Assembly (NCBI GenBank): GCA_041500405.1
Contig: JBGQMB010000029.1
Coordinates: 1 to 10,563, forward strand
Direction of reading: 5' to 3'
Source: Candidatus Micrarchaeia archaeon
GTDB lineage: Archaea > Micrarchaeota > Micrarchaeia > Anstonellales > J096
Length of the DNA: 10,563 nt
The notes beneath the pieces were generated by a model. That model searched no databases. It had not been told where the DNA came from and saw only the letters and a program-made list of their open reading frames with translations. The translations under genes and the position numbers were made by a program. Below, in pieces: positions 6,754-10,563 of this stretch. The stretch's first letter is position 1, and each line of letters opens with the position of its first letter.

Positions 6754-6826
6754 GGGGTAATGGGACAACCTGGTAGCCTGCGAGCTTTGGGAGCTTGTGA
6801 TCCCGGTTCAAATCCGGGTTACCCCA
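6754..6826 (+). tRNA. tRNA-Pro (anticodon TGG), no intron, CCA not encoded
   Basis: Acceptor GGGGTAA/TTACCCC plus discriminator A. D-stem GGAC/GCCT. Anticodon stem CGAGC/GCTTG with loop TT-TGG-GA. T-arm CCCGG-TTCAAAT-CCGGG. TATA-like TTTTTAA (6723-6729) overlaps the TPR stop codon. Confidence 0.93.
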
Positions 6827-6832
6827 ATGGCC

Positions 6833-6854
6833 CTTTTTCTTTGCGAAGAAAAAG
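6833..6854 (+). terminator. Hairpin and T-tract after tRNA-Pro, possible terminator
   Basis: Perfect 9-bp inverted repeat CTTTTTCTT-TGCG-AAGAAAAAG. The left arm is an oligo-T tract 7 nt after the tRNA. Confidence 0.45.
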
Positions 6855-6907
6855 CGCCAGCGGAAAAAGAAAGCATTTTGGCGCCAGCGGAAAAGAAGCT
6901 ACTTTTG
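6854..6907. repeat. Imperfect 27-bp tandem duplication
   Basis: GCGCCAGCGGAAAAAGAAAGCATTTTG (6854-6880) and GCGCCAGCGGAAAAGAAGCTACTTTTG (6881-6907). The first 14 nt are identical. Confidence 0.8.
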
Positions 6908-6978
6908 AAAAAAGCCTAGGCAAAAACCGGCGCATCCTTTTGCGAAAAGGTCAAATATCTTTCGGCTCAAATGCTGCT

Positions 6979-7458
6979 ATGCGCGAGTTTCCATTGCCTA
7001 TTGCGATTTCCGTGCTTATGCACGACAGCAACATCCTTCTTATGGAAAGGGCGAAAGGAGACTATGTCGGCCTTCTTGGCCTGCCCGGAGGAAAGGTGGA
7101 AAAGGGCGAGCATGTCTCCGACGCCGCAGTGCGCGAGATATTTGAGGAAACAGGCATAAAGTCCAAATTCATTTCTCACCTGGGCCTTGTATCGGAACAT
7201 CTTGTGGAAAACGGCGCGGTCATCAAACACTTCCTTCTAAACGTCTGCGAGCTTGCGCCGGAAAGCCACAGCTTCGTTGAAGGCCGGGAAGGCAGGCTCT
7301 TCTGGCAGCCGCTCGGCTCCCTGGGCTCAATGAAAGGCAAAATCATACCGAGCGACTTCGAGATGCTGAACAGGATGGTGCTCAGGAAAGAGAAGCACTA
7401 TTTCGAGTGCGTGCTTGAAAAGTCCGGGGAATCCTACGCGCTAAGGAGCTTTGACTAA
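6979..7458 (+). CDS. Nudix hydrolase (MutT-like), 159 aa
   Basis: Complete Nudix box GKVEKGEHVSDAAVREIFEETGI, preceded by ILLMER and LPG. The start is placed at ATG 6979 because the longer ORF reads through tRNA-Pro. Confidence 0.92.
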   Translation: MREFPLPIAISVLMHDSNILLMERAKGDYVGLLGLPGGKVEKGEHVSDAAVREIFEETGIKSKFISHLGLVSEHLVENGAVIKHFLLNVCELAPESHSFVEGREGRLFWQPLGSLGSMKGKIIPSDFEMLNRMVLRKEKHYFECVLEKSGESYALRSFD

Positions 7459-10034
7459 TCCTCGCCGTACCTTTTTACCAATTGCGCCTTGACAAACTGC
7501 GTCAATGCCAGGTATGACCCGATTATGGCTGCAAGGAAAATCCAGTATTCCATCGGCGGCGGCACAAGCCCTAACGCCCCGCTTATCGGGGAATAAGGAA
7601 GTGCCATTCCTATCAGGCAAACAAGCGTGGTTGAAAATATTATGGGCAGGCTTGCGTTGCTCTGGATGAACGGAATCTTGTTCGTCCTTATCACGTGTAT
7701 TATCAGGGTCTGGGTAAATAGGGACTCTATGAACCATCCTGTCTGGAACAGCGCGGGGTTTGTCCACGCGTTGAACACGTAAAGCATCGCGAAGAACGTG
7801 ATGAAGTCGAAGATTGAGCTTATCGGCCCTATGATGAATATGAACCTCTTTATGGGCTCAAGCGTCCATTTCCTGGGCTTTTTCAGCCACTCCGCGTCCA
7901 CGCCGTCGCTCGGTATCGTTATCTGCGAAAAGTCGTAAAGCAGGTTGTTGACCAGTATCTGTATCGGCTTCATCGGAAGGAATGGAAGGAACGCGCTTCC
8001 TCCGACAACGCTGAACATGTTTCCGAATGTCGAGCTTGCCGCCATCTTTATGTATTTTATGATATTGCCGAAAACCGCCCTTCCATATTTGACTCCGTCA
8101 GTGAGCACGGTAAGGCTCTGCTCCAGGAGGATGACTGTCGACGTTTCCTTTGCTATGTCGGTTGCGGAGTCAACCGATATCCCGACATCGGCCGCCCTAA
8201 GCCCCGGCGCGTCGTTTATCCCGTCGCCCAAGAACCCGACAACGTGGCCGTTCTTCCTCAATGCGTTGATTATCATTTCCTTGTGCTTCGGGACGAGCCT
8301 TGCGAAAATCGCGACATGCTCAACGTCCCTTCTCAGCCTTTCCTCGTCCATCTTGTCTATCTCGCTCCCCAGAAGCACGCGCTCGGCGTGTATCCCAACC
8401 TTTGAGCAGATGTTTTTTGCCACAAGCTCGCTGTCCCCTGTCAGAATCTTGATATGGACGCCGTGCTCCCTCATCTCCCTTATCGCCTCTATCGCCGAAA
8501 CCTTTGGCGGGTCCAGGAACGCGATGAACCCTGCGAGAATCAGGTTGGATTCGTCCGTTTTTTTGTACGCCCTTTTGGATTTTGGCGTTTCCTTGTATGC
8601 AACGGCGATTACCCGGAATCCCTCGTTATTTAGCCCGTCGACAATCTTACGCGCATTTTCAAGATGGCCCTTTGCGAGCTTGAACCTGCGGCCCCGCACC
8701 TCGGCAAAATCGCAGACTCCCAAAACCTCGTCAACAGCGCCCTTGCACACCAAAACCGGGTTTTTTTCGTCCTCCTGCACTATGACGCTCATCCTCCTTC
8801 TTTCAAAGTCAAACGTAACCTCGTCTATTTTTTTGAAGTTCTCCCTTGTCCTGAGCTTCGGCTCAAGCTCCGCGTGCTTTAGGATTGCATCATCCATAAC
8901 GTTCTTCATGCCTGTCTGGTAAATGCTGTTCAGATAGGCGAATTCAAGCACCCTGAAATTGTTCTCATTGCCCTCGACGTCAAGGTGCTTTTCCAGGACA
9001 ATCCTGCCTTCGGTTATTGTCCCTGTCTTGTCCGTGCACAGGATGTCCATTGCGCCGAGGTTCTGGATGGAGCTCAGCTTCTTTATGATGACCTTTTTTT
9101 CCGCCATCCTGCTTGCGCCGTTCGCAAGGTTGACGTTGACTATCATTGACATCATTTCGGGCGCAAGGCCTATCACGACTGCCAGGCCGAAAACGAATGC
9201 CTCGAACCAGTCCCCCTTTGTTATGCCGTTTATCAGGAAAACAAGCGGCGCCATGACAAGTATCAGCTTGACGTTGAACATCGCGTAGCTTCTCATGCCC
9301 TTCTCAAAGCTGCTCGGGACTTCCCTCATTATGCTTTCCGCTATCGAGCTGAAATATGTCCTGAGCCCGGTGTTGACCGCAACAACTTCGGCAATCCCGC
9401 TTTCGACGTTGCTTCCCATGAAGCAGATGTTCTCCAGCTCAAGCGCATTTGCATTTTCATTGACCTTCGGCGCGTGCTTTTCCGCAGGCAAAGACTCTCC
9501 CGTAAGCGCGGACTGGTTCACGAAAAGGTCCTTTGACCTTATTACCCTCACATCGGCGGGAACAAGGTCCCCCGCCGACAGTTGGATTATGTCGCCGGGC
9601 ACTATAAGATGCAACGGAATGTCGTGCGCCTTTCCTTCCCTGATGACAGTTGCTGTTGTTTTTACCATTTCCTTGAGCTTTTCGGCGGCATTGTCGGCCT
9701 TCAGCTCCTGCGTCAGCCTCAGGACGGAGCTCATCAGGACCATTGCCATAATCACAATGCATGCCTTCATGTCGTTTGTCGCGAATGAGAGGATGGCCAT
9801 GAAGGAAAGCAGCAGTATCAGCGGGTCCTTAAAAGTTTCAATTATCCTTGTCAAAATTCCTTTTCTCTTGCTTTCAACGGGCCTGTTTTCGCCGTATTTT
9901 CGGAGCCTTGCCCTTGCCTCGTTGTGCGTAAGGCCCTCCGCCCTTGAGCTGAGCGCCCTTAGCGCGTGCCCCTGGTCCAATGATGCTATCCTGATTAGCA
10001 TCTCGGAATGGGGCGCTTGGGAGCCTTGGTCCAT
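7455..10034 (-). CDS. mgtA: Magnesium-translocating P-type ATPase (P3B, MgtA/MgtB family)
   Basis: VNQSALTGESLP, VIGLAPEM, IQNLGAMDILCTDKTGT, FDFERRRMSV, KGA, FLDPPK, ILTGD, GDGINDAP, KMAASSTFGNMFSV, NNLLYD, FQTGWFIESL, IHVIRT are typical of MgtA. ATG 10034 lies 22 nt after minus-strand TTTTAAA (10063-10057). Overlaps the Nudix stop by 4 bp. Confidence 0.95.
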   Translation of the reverse strand: MDQGSQAPHSEMLIRIASLDQGHALRALSSRAEGLTHNEARARLRKYGENRPVESKRKGILTRIIETFKDPLILLLSFMAILSFATNDMKACIVIMAMVLMSSVLRLTQELKADNAAEKLKEMVKTTATVIREGKAHDIPLHLIVPGDIIQLSAGDLVPADVRVIRSKDLFVNQSALTGESLPAEKHAPKVNENANALELENICFMGSNVESGIAEVVAVNTGLRTYFSSIAESIMREVPSSFEKGMRSYAMFNVKLILVMAPLVFLINGITKGDWFEAFVFGLAVVIGLAPEMMSMIVNVNLANGASRMAEKKVIIKKLSSIQNLGAMDILCTDKTGTITEGRIVLEKHLDVEGNENNFRVLEFAYLNSIYQTGMKNVMDDAILKHAELEPKLRTRENFKKIDEVTFDFERRRMSVIVQEDEKNPVLVCKGAVDEVLGVCDFAEVRGRRFKLAKGHLENARKIVDGLNNEGFRVIAVAYKETPKSKRAYKKTDESNLILAGFIAFLDPPKVSAIEAIREMREHGVHIKILTGDSELVAKNICSKVGIHAERVLLGSEIDKMDEERLRRDVEHVAIFARLVPKHKEMIINALRKNGHVVGFLGDGINDAPGLRAADVGISVDSATDIAKETSTVILLEQSLTVLTDGVKYGRAVFGNIIKYIKMAASSTFGNMFSVVGGSAFLPFLPMKPIQILVNNLLYDFSQITIPSDGVDAEWLKKPRKWTLEPIKRFIFIIGPISSIFDFITFFAMLYVFNAWTNPALFQTGWFIESLFTQTLIIHVIRTNKIPFIQSNASLPIIFSTTLVCLIGMALPYSPISGALGLVPPPMEYWIFLAAIIGSYLALTQFVKAQLVKRYGED

Positions 10035-10118
10035 GTTTTTCAATTGCCGGCTTTGGTTTAAAAGGAGATACATTATCCTAGAAGATAGAATATATAATTT
10101 GTAGATTATATCTTCTTT

Positions 10119-10563
10119 TTATTTAATTTCAAATTCCTTTTTTCTAATTAAGAAATAATATAATTGTTGAATAGGTTCATTACTTTCCTCTCTGATCACA
10201 TAATTTCTTGATACAAAATCGTTATTATTTATTTTTTTGTATATTTTTTTAGCTGTATTCTGTGCGAGATCTCCCTTGCTTAATATTATAAAACACTTCG
10301 GATATAGCGTCGTTAAGTTATTTATCACTCTTGCTGTTATGTCATCTACATTATCTTCTTCTTTTACAAATATTATATTTTGTTCTATATTTTCTAAAAA
10401 TGGTAATATTCTTTCTTTCATATCTTCAAAATTATAGTTAGTTCCCATCAAAATACCTAAATATTTAGTAAAGATGCCTGTTTGGACCGCTTCTGCAATA
10501 TGTAATCCTTTATCTCCATATTTTTTATCAATCTTATTTCTAAGTCCTTTTAGTTTACCAAAT
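10119..10563 (-). CDS. Hypothetical protein, 3' part only, very AT-rich
   Basis: The 10119..10451 frame stays open to the window edge (FGKLKGLRNKIDKKYGDKGLHIAEAVQTGIFTKYLGILMGTNYNF...), so the start probably lies outside the window. No family recognised. Confidence 0.7.
   Translation of the reverse strand, partial: FGKLKGLRNKIDKKYGDKGLHIAEAVQTGIFTKYLGILMGTNYNFEDMKERILPFLENIEQNIIFVKEEDNVDDITARVINNLTTLYPKCFIILSKGDLAQNTAKKIYKKINNNDFVSRNYVIREESNEPIQQLYYFLIRKKEFEIK

Noticed and set aside
1963..6768. Antisense and alternate-frame ORFs over hydA, map and the TPR gene (e.g. 1963-2505, 2509-2958, 4974-5729, 6163-6768)
   Set aside because: They overlap confidently identified genes almost entirely and contain no recognisable domains.
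6854..6907. Possible mini CRISPR array
   Set aside because: There are only two adjacent copies, no spacer of CRISPR length and no cas genes.
6751..6978. 76-aa N-terminal extension of the Nudix ORF
   Set aside because: It reads through the tRNA-Pro cloverleaf and the repeat element. The Nudix fold begins at Met 6979.
7945..10104. Long plus-strand ORFs (325, 109 and 269 aa) antisense to mgtA
   Set aside because: These are codon-aligned antisense shadows with Ser/Phe/Ile-rich composition and no motifs. They are expected when the sense gene rarely uses TTA, CTA and TCA.
10449..10451. TTG start for the last ORF
   Set aside because: The frame remains open upstream to the window edge, so the true start is probably outside the window.

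Overview
Archaeal chromosomal window, roughly 50-55% GC by eye. The compact gene packing, TATA boxes about 23-28 nt before mostly leaderless starts, CCA-less tRNAs and an [FeFe]-hydrogenase suggest a DPANN-type archaeon, perhaps Micrarchaeota (inference). In order: the 5' end of an unknown, possibly exported protein (-); RFC small subunit; a single-TRAM-domain protein; a stand-alone RsmF/NOP2-type PUA-like protein (-); a 361-aa H-domain-only [FeFe]-hydrogenase, tail-to-tail with an ECF S-component-like membrane protein (-); a tRNA 5'-fragment or decayed copy directly before tRNA-Arg(TCG); type II methionine aminopeptidase; a 654-aa TPR protein; tRNA-Pro(TGG) followed by a hairpin and tandem-repeat element; a Nudix hydrolase; an MgtA-type Mg2+ P-type ATPase (-); and the 3' end of a very AT-rich foreign-looking ORF. 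The best candidate for a new system is the minimal hydrogenase with altered catalytic and proton-path residues, no maturases nearby, and an orphan S-component neighbour that might scavenge a cofactor.
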